NCBI GenBank assembly: GCA_964057225.1
Contig: OZ059899.1
Span: 13,640,001-13,704,000, forward strand
Length of the DNA: 64,000 bases
Source: Auanema rhodensis
Lineage: Eukaryota; Animalia; Nematoda
Reading direction: 5' to 3'
Made by a program: the position numbers and the translations under genes. The number at the start of each line of letters is the position of its first letter. Position 1 is the stretch's first letter. The notes under the pieces were generated by a model. The model searched no databases. It saw nothing but the letters and a program-made list of their open reading frames with translations, and was not told the origin of the DNA. Positions 38,701-50,512 of this stretch are shown here, piece after piece.

Positions 38701-41700
38701 AAACAAGCCGTTCCAGTTGAATGATCATTTATCGGGAGAAGAAGGAGACATACATGGACAAGTCTGTATATGGTCGGCAAAACTTCTATTACCTCTTTCT
38801 CATATTCACTTCCAAGACTGTATTCTCTCATCTTCGTCAAACCAATTACTTGATCTCTTATAGCTCTCTCTCTCTCTCTCTCTTTCCTCTCTCTCATTCT
38901 GTTAGACTCAGTTTTTTGAAATAGAGAACTGAAGTAATCTTCAAATACGAAGTATATCTCCGTTTTAAGAATACATCAAAAGCAAAAGCTGAATACGTCC
39001 ATCAATGTACGATCCCTCACTCGGACATTCTATTGTTCAAGCTTTAACTGAACACGAACATGGTTTTCCATGTCCAGATCGTACACGAACGAAAGCTACG
39101 CAGCTTATTCGACAGCCTGCCTCTGTCCACACAAGCATGGATAGTTCAAGAAAAACTTGACAGGTGTATGAAGCTATTAGATAAAATAGATTGAAAATGA
39201 AGAAAAAAATGAAGAAAACAAGAATTCATGAAACTAATCTTTGAAACACAGACATCCAAATAAAACTTTCGCAATAAGTAATTTATTAATTCAATTATTT
39301 ATCTTATTCATACGATAGATAAGAGAAAATAATAATATATTTTCACAAGTCGTGAATGCTAATTGTCAGATCAAATTAAGTTACTTCATGTCTTGATCGT
39401 TTTTCTCAAGATATATCTCATCATATAATCCATTCAGTTTAATTGAATGAAATAACAGAACCAAGATATCATCAGCTTTTCACGCTTTTTCTCTTTAAGT
39501 TTTATAAAATCATGACGTCATTTGCATGAATGACGTGGATCATTAGCGTCATTTTCAAATGATGGCGCGCTCTGAACGGTTGACTTTTATATCTTCAAGT
39601 CTAAAACTTTTCTGCCCAAACTTATAAAACTTTTTTATGCTTTGTTTGAATTGCAAAAAAGGTGGAAACGGGTGCGTCTCGTTAGAAGTGATGCTAAAAT
39701 TAGGTGGACATATAGCTTGAAACGAGTGAGGCGTTATTAGACGATGTTGTCTGGAAGAAGATGGTCCATCTTCATCAGTCCCGCTTTGATCGATTTTGGG
39801 GTTCTTCCGATAAAAGGACTAACTGGATACAGATCCAGTTCGTATCGACTTTGACTTCTTGCCCTAAGAAAGAAAGAGGGAGAGAAGGATAGAGAGGGGG
39901 AGATTGAGCCCGGGAGAGGAACAGAGAAATAGAGAGATATAACGACGCAGATAAAGAGATGTGAAGATTTTCTCAAATATAACTGAGATGATCGCTTAAC
40001 AAAGAATCGAAATGGCCACAGCAGGCGTCCGATTCGGGATCCGGATGAACAAGCAGCCTCTAGTTTGATTGCCACCTAGCTCTATGTTAACAATTGTCTT
40101 CCTAAACAGATGGAAGGGAAATCGAGAAAGTGAACTTTCCAATCAAACGATAACAGATTGCAACGCTTAATATCTTCTTTAGCTTCATGGGAGAGTCTGA
40201 GAACAGATATGATTCCACTTCCCACCGAAAAAGACCAGAATGAAAAGCAAAAAAAAAGAAAATTACAAGAAGTAAAGAGTCACCATAGAGTAATTTGGGA
40301 CCAAGGCTATCCTCGATCCTATTTACTTCTTTTCATTTTTTCTTGTTTTGCAAGCAACACCTAACCAGTTGCTCGCGACCTCGACTTGACTCCGCGCATA
40401 CAAATTTCTGTAATCTTTTGCCTTGTCCGACTCTCATTCTATGAAAATTCTCATATTTGAATTTCTTCTCTCCAATGGCAATTGCAAAAAATTGGAAAGG
40501 TAGGTAGAAAGATAAGAGAGAATGAAGAGAGAAAGAACGAAAAAGATCTCCCGCATAAACAGCAATTATACTTCTGCCCTTGGCGCCATCGTCAATTGTG
40601 CAAGAACATGCGCGACTGTCCCCATTACTACTATATTAAGAGAGGCACTGAAGACCTTTAACACTACGTTGTGAAAGAAAGAAAACGACTGAGAGCTAGA
40701 GGTGAGAGAAAGAAAGAAAGAAAGAAAGGGAGGGACAGAGAAATAGAGAGAGATACCCAGAGCGGTGAGTGAAAGAAGTTTAGAGAGAGAAAAGAAAAAA
40801 AAACGAAATAGGAAGGCTTGAAAACTCTCTTATCTACTTTTCCCCAGAATCGAAGACAACGTTTCTCTTGTATGTGGAGATGTTGTTTACCAGCCAGAAC
40901 TAACCAAGTAACCAACCAGCTAGCTTGGATACCGTGTACGGCGTTATATGCTCCGCCCAACGGCCTCCGTTCATCTTATGCTATGCGTGCGATGTACGGA
41001 CTGGTACAACGAGAGTGCAAGGACATTCTCTTTCACTCCCCTTTTACCTCCACCTTCTCTTTATCTTTCCAATTCACTATTCCCTCTCTCTCTCTCTCTC
41101 TTTTTCATTTGTTCAGGTTACCTCTTTCTCTCTCTCTTTCTCTCTCTCTGTAACGCTCTCCCTACATCATTAAATCTCAACACTTCTTACTATCAATGAA
41201 TTTCATCAATCGTTCAACGAAATTAGCATGGAGAACAAGAAGAAAAAAAGTAGTAAAAGATGACAACGAGAATGATACTTTCATTCATTTCTCCTCCATC
41301 ATTCACTGGTCTTAATGCTCTTGTCAGATTAATTACAAAGTGAAAGAAAATTGGAATATTTATCAGAAACATATTGGTTTCCATTTCAAATCATGTTCCT
41401 TTACCTACGTATCAAATCAATTGTCCCAACACACACAACGAACACAGAGAAAAATTGAAATAATAGACGGATTGAAAAACATGTTAGAAACTAGATAGAG
41501 ACTCTCACAACCTCACTCGAAAGCCGGCTAATGACACGTGAATGACAAGAAACATTACGTAAAAAATAGAAATTCTCAACGATCATGCGAATCGTTCATC
41601 CAGCTTTCTCGCATAAAACGATTTTTCTCAGCAAAAATCGAAAAGCTCGATATGGCAGAGATTTCAAGAAGATGAACAAAAGAAAAATCATTTCAAAGAA

Positions 41701-44700
41701 ACTCAATGAAAAACGAAGGTATGGTGATAAAAAATGAAAAAAACAAGTTTGAATAATGTGAAATAAAAGAAATTTGCCAATAAAAAAAGTGTCTTGTAAT
41801 GAAAATTTCAAACTCCGCCTCAAGTGCCAAGCAGAGAAAGTACTGTAGTCTCGAGTAAATCAGTTTTTGCGAAAAGGCGGCTACAAAGCAATAAGAAAAC
41901 TTAATAGGATTATTGATTGAATAGAAAATTTTCGTAGAAAATTAAATAGTTATAATGAATATTATATAAGGAATCGATGAAGTAGAATCAAATGGCAATG
42001 GACAAAGCGAACGATATTCGATATGCCCATGACAACATGTTTTGCATGACGTCAGATTGGTCAGAAAGTTATTATTGGGAAAACAACATGAGAAGAAAAA
42101 GAAATTCTGATTAAAGAATGTCTATAGGTTGCTTAATTAATAAGAACTACATGTATAATCCGAAAAAAACGATTGATAATAGCAGAAAGAACAGGATGAA
42201 CCAGCTACCGAAAACTGGAGGAAGATCAAACAGTTCAGAATGTATACTCAATATTGCAACCAAGATAAGCATCTAATTTACAAATTCTCATGACAAATGC
42301 ATTTAAAGGTACAGAAAATAGGTTCAACAACAATTCTGATGAGAATAAGAAAAAATGCTGATGTTAACGAGAGCAAATGGAATTGAGGAGAAGGCAATAG
42401 ATAGATTAAGGCATACACATAGAAAATAAAAGAAAAGATAGGAAACGTCGACAAGTAGGAGAGAAAAATATGTTAGTCGTAGTGTTGTTGAAGAAGCGAA
42501 AGCTCAGATGGCGACGACATCAACGTTGAAAGGAAGTGTTGCGGCTGGCTGTTCAACGTCGTCGCTGGTGCTAGGCTAATGAGAAAGTATCAGATGATAG
42601 TCTACAGAGATGAAGTCAGATAGAAGGAACAGACAAAAAGACACAGAATGAAATATACAGTTAGGGAGAGAGAAAAAGAGAAACGGTATGCTGTAGGATT
42701 GCAGGATGAGATAGCTCCAGCCGGCCTCCACGACGACACACACAGCGGGCGGCGATGATGCAGATCGCCATTCGATTGGCCTTGGCCTTGTCGATCCCTC
42801 CAGCGTTTAGACACCGCTAACAGGCCTCTCTCTGTTTTTGTCTTTCTCTATCTCTCTAAACCTCTCTTTTTATAACTCCCGCTATCTCTAAGTCTCACCG
42901 TCTCTCAACCATTACCTCTTTCTCTCACTTCTTCAGTACTGTATTCATCTCATGTCTTCTCTCACCCCTAGCTATTCTTCCCAACCAGACCAGGCTAGCT
43001 ACCAGCCGACAGCATCATAACTCTCTCGCAACCAACCCTTCATACTCTCAACGCCTCTATATCCTCTCTCCTTTTCTCTCATTACTCCACTTTCCTCTAA
43101 TATTCTCTTCATCGTTCAGACAATTAGAAAGAGATTCTCGCTCGTTGAATCTCTAGCCTGTCGGGGTTTGACTACATCAGGCTATGGCGCATTTAGAAAG
43201 ATTTTGTATCACGAGGGAAGTTGCCGCAGAATTAAGGGAAAAAGCGGATAATTGTCTCAAAAAAACATTGTGAACGATTAAGCTACAAGTTCCCATTTCT
43301 CTTCAACTTGTTATTTCCATTTTCACAGGGAAAAGCTAGGTTGTCAAAGTATATGAGGTCTGTGTAGTATTGAATAATTAGAGAGGCGATTGGTTATGTA
43401 TGAGTATATGTAGAGGTGGTCTGAATAACCAGTTGGATATTTTTTCAAGGTTTTTAAGAAAAGTTCAATTGGATACGTAAATGCCCTTCGAGATCGCATC
43501 GTAGAATGAGAAAACCGAACGGCATTCGACGTATTGACACTTCAAAATGAAAGGTAGGAAGGAGCTATCGTATCAGCTCTATATTTCTCTTTTGCGAAAG
43601 TGAAGAAACAAGTTTAAACTGTCCTCCATACTATCAAACAACCGAACATGTTGCATAAAAGGAAAACTGACGACATGGATTTCAAAAACCATTTATTGTC
43701 TTTACAAAAATGATTATTTTGCCCTTTACTATGAATCGAAATCATACAAAAGGAAATAGTTTTCCATGACTTCACCCAAAATTCTGTGTGAAAAATGCAT
43801 TAAGACAGCTAACAATACTAGAAACATCTTAAAACGTCGAACATATTGGTTAATTGTAGAAACGAAAAGGATGGCAAATTCACGTATGTTTGTCATTATT
43901 GTGATGAAATTTCAAAATCTACTGTATTAACATGAATCAAGTATCAGACTAATTCGATTGAATACGTACTGTTCCGAACTCGATAAAAATTCTGATTCTT
44001 GTAAATTCAATGTGTTTGTTCTCAGAAAGTTAATTCATGATGAGGCTCAATAACATCAGAGTTGAAGAAAAACAAGTTACTTTGTATTAAACAATCAGAG
44101 AAGCATGGATAACTAATATTTGGGACATGCTCGCAGAATAAGCTAATTAGAATAATACGTGAAACCTGCTCATTTTAGAAATTCTAACGCAGCGAACAGT
44201 TGCATTTCCATTTCTATTTCTCTTTTCTCTTTAACTATCTTTATTTTCTTTATCAATCAATCTATCTATATATCTGTGTCGTTTTCTTAACTCTCCCTTC
44301 CTCACTCTAAATTTCTCTTATCGACTGTTTCTCTTCATTACATATCATGATATTGAAAGTCATTTCATATGGTCAATATGCAGTGCCGTATAAATACATT
44401 GTTCGTTTTTTCGATTGATTCACATCGTTTTCGCAAATTCTGTCACGGTCAAGGCTACTGAACACCTTGAATAACCGCTGACAGTGATCTGGTAACTGGT
44501 CAGTTAAAACAATAAGCAAATCTTTCTTTTCTATGATGTTTAAATCTAAAAGCATTTCCTTATCAGATTTTAGACAATAAAAAACTACCAGAACAACGTC
44601 GCTTTCATGACTGCCCGATAGAGATATAGCTAAGCAGCGGTATGCATAAATAGAAAGTTGTAGCAAGAATAAAATCTTCCGAAATCAGAAAATAGCTAAA

Positions 44701-45692
44701 GCTTCTAAGCTTTGCAGCAATGAAATTATCTAGCGAATATCTGTGTAAGTACAATGAAGCTTTGATTTTAGAACTTGTAGGAGAATGGATGCGACAAAAA
44801 CGAACAACAAATAGTTTTTTTAAAGATAGAAAGGAATTAATGATATTCCCAGACATTATACGATTCTTGTTCAAGGAAAGGTCATGCAATCATATGAAAA
44901 GTGAACAAATTGGATTGATAATCTTCAAGAACTGCTGTTGTGCTTAGACAGGAAACTATATCAATTATCAATTATTGTGTCATTGAAGTTTGAAAAACAC
45001 AGTAAAATACACTGAAAATTACACGAAACTAATATCAAATATGAAATTTTGGTTAAACATACGTGGTTTGAGTTGATTTACTAGCCATTCAAAGGGTATT
45101 AGTGGCGAAAACTGGTCAGAATAATGGGCCAAAGTAAAATAGCCGACCGGACGGAGAGGCAATCATGTTCTGGTCAGACAGAAATGTTGAAGCAAGTAGT
45201 CATATCCCGTTCACTTTACTAAAAAAAACATGTTTCAGTAGTATGAGTGCACTATGACCTGAGTTGGTAGATTTCGAGAATTTAAAAAATACACCTCGAC
45301 GATAAAATATAAAACTGCGAAAAGAATTCGAGAAAATGTCTACCAAGAATCGCACGTAAAGAAAATCATAATTAAATATTTATTTCTTTAAAGAATTTTA
45401 CATTATGTATGTACAATGATTAGAATTATTATCACATTTACAAGCATTACTTACAATACCCTAAAATCACTTAACTTTCTATAGTTATACAGGCAAGCTC
45501 TCAAAAAAAAACGACAGAGGGTGCCACAGAATATTGAAAGTAACACCAATAGAGCATAAAGCCTAACAGGTGGGTCTCCCGTAAATGTACACATCGCTTT
45601 ATTTCGCTTTCTAGGAAAAATTCAATAAATAATTTGCTTGATGGATCTGATGAAGATATGATGGGTTTTGACACCTGCTTAAAGGAGAATGT

Positions 45693-47210
45693 CTAATTAA
45701 CTTCTATGGGAACATTATTTTCCGGAATGAGAGAAGCTACAAAAGATGTAACGAAAGAGAGGCATGTGGACAAGAAAACTTGCAAACCACTAGGTGGCGC
45801 TGGTTCCGGTACACGTACTTCCTAAAACAAATCAAGGTTGCAAAACTATCTTATGCAAATTTAACAAACCTCTTGCTCGTCAATGCCACTGACATTCTCG
45901 GTACCTTCAGAATTTGTGTTGGCGCTATTATTCTGTTCTGGTGTAGGTGGTTCTTCTTGTATTCTTTCTTCACCGGCATTATTGTTATTTACATGTTGAG
46001 CAGCTGCTAATGCTGCTTGTCTATTCTGTGCTCTACGATGTTGTGTGAATACCATAATCTTAAACAATAAAATGAAAAACTATATAAAACGATAAATTAA
46101 CTTACAGCAATTATGGCAGTAACTAACAGGAATCTTTCCAAAGATGAATATAAAAGAACTGCCTATAAAAGATACTTGTTTAAATATAAAAGAAAAAATT
46201 TAAATTACCGAAAGTAGTAGTAAAGCTCTAAAAAAATTATAGAACATATCCAAACCATTTTCAAAACGTCTGCCTGGGGGAACATACTGGGGTTGTTGAA
46301 CATTACCATTAGCATTAATCTAAAACTGATACTTACTACTATATTAAAATTAGAAATTAAACCTGAGGATTTGGATTAACTGGATTTTGAGCATTTACAT
46401 TTGGAGTGTTATGATAATAAGGAGTCATAGGGATTCCGGGTCCATTCTAAAATATAAAAAATTTATGAATTGCAAAAATTAAAAATTAATACATTAACAA
46501 AAACGGGATGTGGCAAGGCATTCATATTCATCATAGCATTACTATAGTGTTGCAAGCTGGAAATACTGTTTTTTTAAGTTAAAACATGTCTTATTTTAAC
46601 TTACTAATTCATGTAATTATTATAATATTCCCGATAAGCGTTCATTGCATTAGGATCGTTCATAACTCTAGAGTAATAATCTGACCAGCCATTAGCTACA
46701 GCGTCGTAAGAAGGTGCAGGTGTAGTGGGAGCACTGAAATAAAATATTAAGAAATGAAAGAAAACAAGTTAAAATAAAAAATTACCTTTCTGTTGGGTTT
46801 GGTCTTCTTTGTCGTATTTCGGGATTTGGTATTGCCATGGGTGAAACTAGGTGTAGTACTTGCGGTGCTCCAATCACCCTTCTCCTGCAAAAATCAATTG
46901 AAACTGAAAACTAAAAATTAAAAGAGCATACGTCTCGTTAAAAATGAGACGTAATGTATATTCGTCGTTTAAACATCTTCCGCAAAAGATAAGTTTTTGT
47001 GAAGAAGCCTTCTGAAAAGGAACTGATAAGAGAGAGAAAAAGACCATTAATACCAACCGGGTGAGAGGGATAAACGCTCTGAATATGATCTTTCAATTCC
47101 TTAACACTCCATAACAGAGGTACTGTCATTGTTTCGTCCGGATTAGATTGTAAAGCGCATCTTATAGTCACCTCTATATTTTCTTCCAACGTACCCGCAT
47201 CTACACTCAT
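45693..47210 (-). CDS. tag-353: HERP/HERPUD ubiquitin-like ER membrane protein
   Basis: N-terminal UBL (WSVKELKDHIQSVYPSHP...QKLIFCGRCLND), Y/M-rich middle, TM region FYSSFGRFLLV, C-terminus FVTSFVASLIPE. Confidence 0.85.
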
Positions 47211-47696
47211 ATCAAAGCTGAAACTGGAAAAATAGTATAATCTTAAATCAGATATTTAATTACAAAAACTACAATAAAATCTATCTTCAGGAATATCGAC
47301 AATTGGAAAGAAAGAAATTAATAGAAACTTTATAGAAACATTTTAAAATCGAAAAAACACAAAAATACTAGAACAACAGTACCAAACTTGTGATAAGAAC
47401 TATTTATTGAATTTCTATGTAAAATAAAAAGTTCTGATGAAGCAATAAACAATCGAAATCAGCTGTTACACGTTGCATAGACGTGATACCTTCAGGTTAT
47501 TGACCGCGCGGCGGCCGCGATGCGCAACAAGAATTTAGTCTCACCACGATCTTCATGAAATAAAATGTTTAAGCGAACGTGGCCTAAAATTTTTCTCATT
47601 TTCTTGATATATTTTTACAATTTTTAACGTTTATTTTTTTGTTTTGTCGCTTTTTTCGAGTAAATTATGTTATTTTGCTTAGTTGGGTAGTTTTAG
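47211..47696. promoter_or_regulatory. Bidirectional promoter between HERP and Derlin
   Basis: 486-bp head-to-head spacer with ACGT cores (ACACGT 47468, AGACGTGA 47479, AACGTGG 47576) and a GC-rich patch at 47503-47525. Confidence 0.6.
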
Positions 47697-48566
47697 ATGG
47701 CAAATGAACTTGGCGATTTTTTTCGTTCCATGCCAATAATCACTAGGCATTGGTTCGCCGCTTCTATTATTTTACCTTTGTTAGGGAGAATAGGAATATT
47801 ACCCGCCCAATGGATGTATCTTGATTGGAATTTGATAGCTTATAAATTTCAGGTATTTTGGGTAAAAAAATAATAGTTTTTCATGTATTATTCAGTTCTG
47901 GCGTCCATTAACTGCGTTACTGTATTATCCAGTGTCTCCTCAGACGGGGTTTCACTGGCTTCTCATGATTTATTTTCTCTATCAATATTCTAAAAGCTTA
48001 GAAGACGGTGTATATGCCGGTCGACCAGCCGATTATTTATTTATGTTAATAATTAATTGGCTTGTTTGTACTGTAAGTTTTGATCAGGCTAATGTTTCTT
48101 ATCGTGCGTTTTAGGGATTATGCCTCGCTTTGGGATCATACTTTTTATTAGAGCCTATGGTTCTTAGCGTTCTTTACGTGTGGTGTCAATTGAATAAAGA
48201 CACTATTGTTAGTTTTTGGTTTGGAACTAGATTCAAGGTTTGATTCCGCGCAAGAATTGGGTTATGAAATGATTTTAGGCTATTTACTTGCCTTGGATTC
48301 TCTGCGGGTTCAATGCTGTTTTGCGCGGTAGTGGTTTCGTTGAGCTATTGGGAATTCTTACTGGTCATACATACTACTTTCTTGCTTTTAAATATCCCGA
48401 AGAGCATGATGGAGCTCAACTCATAAATACCCCCAATTTCTTGTATAATTACTTGCCTAATGTTACTGGTGGAGTTCATGGCATGGGTAGTCGCCCTGAA
48501 GCCAGACGCGCTCCTGCTCAGCCTCGCCGTTATGCCTGGGGTGAAGGCCGTCCTCTTGGACAATAA
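47697..48566 (+). CDS. cup-2: Derlin-1
   Basis: MANELGDFFRSMPIITRHWF...FQ|FWRPLTA...GFHWLL...YSKSLE...GRPADY...YLPW...GILTGHTYYFL; SHP-like C-terminus WGEGRPLG. Confidence 0.95.
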
Positions 48567-48776
48567 ATTGTATAATAATGCAGCTGGTTTGCTTGTATAT
48601 CTAATTGCAAAACTGTGATGAATCATGTCTTAATTTATTAAATTTATCTTATCTTGCATAATTTTATTTCTTCCTATCCGTTTTATCCGGATTTTACCTT
48701 TTTTTGTTGGTTACTTGTCTTCTAATTTTGTGAATTTCTTTTTTATTTTCTCTAATTCTTTTTGGTTTAGGTAATC

Positions 48777-49119
48777 ATGCAGAACGACGCCGGAGAAACT
48801 GTCGAGCTCTACGTTCCCCGCAAGTGGTGAGTATAATAAAGTGTGTTCAATTTTATAAAAGTTGTTATAGCTCTTCTTCCAACCGTCTTATTGGACCTAA
48901 GGATCATGCTTCCGTCCAAATCGACATCGTCAAGGTTGACCCAGTCACTGGTCGCATGGTAAAGATTATCTGAACTACATTTCAAATTTCGATTGTTTTT
49001 AGATCGCCGGACAATCCAACCGTTACGCTATCTGCGGAGCCCTCCGTCGTATGGGAGAATCCGATGATGCACTTGTTAGACTGGCCCAGAGGGACGATAT
49101 TATCCCAAAGAACCTTTAA
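48777..49119 (+). CDS. rps-21: 40S ribosomal protein S21
   Basis: [34 protein letters not shown]...[15 protein letters not shown]; 3 exons. Confidence 0.98.
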
Positions 49120-49898
49120 GTTGTTGTTTTCAATAAATTGTTATGAAAACTTATATACTGTTATATCATTGAAATTTAATATGTGAAGCATAATTACAAA
49201 AAATATTACATTAAACAAATATACTATGAGAATATGGTGAAAACCAGTAAAACTATGAATTAAAAAAATGTAGGGTTAATATTCTATCTGAATTTGTAAT
49301 TATTCATAATTATAAATAAAAATAAGAGCCGTACTGGTAATGTATAGGTGCTGATATGTGAAAATATGATTCATTGATTTGTAATATTAGATTAAATGTA
49401 TATTTCTTTGTTATTTCTGAATTGGTGTTCAATAGTATTAATAAAATATTTTAAAATTAATTTTTTTAATTTCCATGCAGAAGCTATCAAAACGATCGAA
49501 AAATGAACAAATGAAAATGCGCATATCTGTAAAAATCAAATGGAAATACGTAGACGTAATCGAATTTTTTTATTTGTAAAAATTGGTCCTGAAACGATTC
49601 TGACAGCCAATGTAATATCTGGACTGAGTATTATATGTTGAGACCGGCCTTTAAGGGAACATTCCGGCTGAATTTAAATTACGAATCCTATTTTATTAAA
49701 AGTATGTTTTTGATACTTTTTTTTATTTAGGTATTACCTTTTCAAAATTCTATAATGTACAATGTGGAAATTTTTGTTTATTGCGGGTTTTATGTGTGTA
49801 GCATTCTTCTCAGATTTTAAATGAACGATTCTTTGATGATGTTGATAATAATGATTAATAGCAAGATCAAAATAATTTTTTTTTCTTTTTAAGGTAAA

Positions 49899-50387
49899 AT
49901 GGCTAAGCCTAACCACGAGAAGAAGGCTAGAAATGCCATCAACGAGGTTGTCACCCGTGAGTTCACCATCCACGTTCATAAGAGAATAAAGGGAATGTAA
50001 GTGGTTTTGTATTTTTTTCATCATTATATTGTATTTTTAGCGGTGCCAAGAAGCGCGCTCCTCGTGCTATTGATGAAATCCGCAAATTCGCTAGAGCTCA
50101 AATGAACACCGAAGATGTCCGCGTTGACACCAGACTCAACAAGTTCATTTGGTCCAAGGGAATCAAGTGAGTGGTTTTAACTATTTTCTGTTTAAATTAG
50201 TTTTCTTAATCTTGATTAGCAAGTTATAATTATTTACAGGAATGTTCCATTCCGTGTCCGTGTCCGTCTTTCCAGAAGACACAACGAGGATGAGGACTCT
50301 ACCCACAAGCTCTACACCCTCTGCACCTATGTCCCATGTACCAACTTCAAGGGATTAACCAATGTCAATGTTGACAGCGAGGAGTAA
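49899..50387 (+). CDS. rpl-31: 60S ribosomal protein L31
   Basis: [17 protein letters not shown]...[15 protein letters not shown]...[30 protein letters not shown]; 3 exons. Confidence 0.98.
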
Positions 50388-50512
50388 TGTTGTTGTTGTT
50401 ATTCAATAAATTGATGTTTATATTACCAATAGTGTTCTTGGTACAAATCCATCTCGTATACATTTAACCAACAGTAAGAATTAGAAGGGGATAGTTAGAC
50501 TTTCAGAATGAG

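Noticed and set aside
42511-42565. Hairpin GCGACGAC...GTTGAA / TTCAACGTCGTCGC as a pre-miRNA
   Set aside because: Six-nt bulge, large loop, about 14 bp total, and no match to miRNA families I recognise.
49583-49690. H/ACA snoRNA between rps-21 and rpl-31
   Set aside because: Two weak hairpins, but no ANANNA H box and no terminal ACA; a snoRNA scan would be needed to revive it.
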